Part shown: piece by piece, positions 63,653 to 64,000 of the stretch
How the letters are laid out: each line of letters opens with the position of its first letter
How positions within the stretch are numbered: position 1 is the first letter of the stretch
DNA from: an uncultured delta proteobacterium
GTDB taxonomy: Bacteria > Desulfobacterota > Binatia > UBA9968
Length of the DNA: 64,000 nt
Direction: 5' to 3'
Assembly (NCBI GenBank): GCA_963771465.1
Contig: CAVYTU010000014.1
Location: 576,001-640,000 of the forward strand
The notes under the pieces: generated by a model
Told to the model about the DNA's origin: nothing
Databases searched by the model: none
The model's input: the letters and a program-made list of their open reading frames with translations, nothing else
Position numbers and translations under genes: made by a program

Positions 63653-64000
63653 TTGCTAAGAATTATTGCCATAGCAAATCAAAAGGGTGGCGTTGGCAAA
63701 ACCACCACGTCGATTAATCTTGCAGCTTCGCTAACGTTAAATTCGCAGCGCGTCCTGTTGGTCGATCTTGATCCTCAGGGCAACAGCACGACCGGGCTCG
63801 GTATTGATCGCTCAAAGTTGGCTGCGAGCCTCTATCATGTGCTTGACGGGACTCGATTTGTCGGCGAAGTTTTGTGCGAGACCGATCTGCCGCAGTTGCT
63901 TTTGATTCCGGCGACCAAAGATTTGGTTGGTGCGGAGGTCGAGCTGGTCAATGCGGATCGCCGCGAGTATCGGCTCAAGGATGCGCTCGCATCGATCACC
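63653..64000 (+). CDS. parA: ParA/Soj chromosome partitioning ATPase (5' part, truncated by window end)
   Basis: Read manually: IIAIANQKGGVGKTTT.INLAASL, LLVDLDPQGN.TTGLG; probable TTG start. Confidence 0.93.
   Translation, partial: MLRIIAIANQKGGVGKTTTSINLAASLTLNSQRVLLVDLDPQGNSTTGLGIDRSKLAASLYHVLDGTRFVGEVLCETDLPQLLLIPATKDLVGAEVELVNADRREYRLKDALASIT

Overview
Origin-proximal chromosomal segment of a moderately GC-rich Gram-negative bacterium. Gene content and order look deltaproteobacterial: a split atp operon, bactofilin-atpF'F, and many orphan solute-binding proteins and cupins. This resembles Candidatus Binatia, but the taxonomy is inference only. Contents in order: grpE-dnaK-dnaJ-lon-thiL-larB; a divergent archease with an HD phosphohydrolase and DegT; bicupin-gmhA-flavoprotein-aldo/keto reductase; DUF62 and dCMP deaminase; hemL-atpZ-atpI-atpB-atpE (minus strand); dnaA-oriC-dnaN with DnaA boxes and DnaA-trios; a ~13.5 kb catabolic cluster (aromatic acid-CoA ligase, ALDH, decarboxylase-like enzymes, three orphan SBPs); msrA, fused otsAB, DUF1646, Ldh2 and a cyclophilin; bactofilin-atpF'FHAGDC followed by a bicupin, an EutA-like ATPase and two EamA genes; LLM, cupin and enolase-family genes; a sigma54-preceded secreted protein; mnmE-mnmG-parA with two parS sites. 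Five single-base insertions break four genes, including essential atpA, and are most likely assembly errors. No rRNA, tRNA, CRISPR array or transposase was seen. The best novelty candidates are the bicupin/EutA-like ATPase module without EutBC, the PA4991/PA4992-like pair linked to gmhA, and an archease with altered catalytic motifs beside an HD enzyme rather than RtcB.
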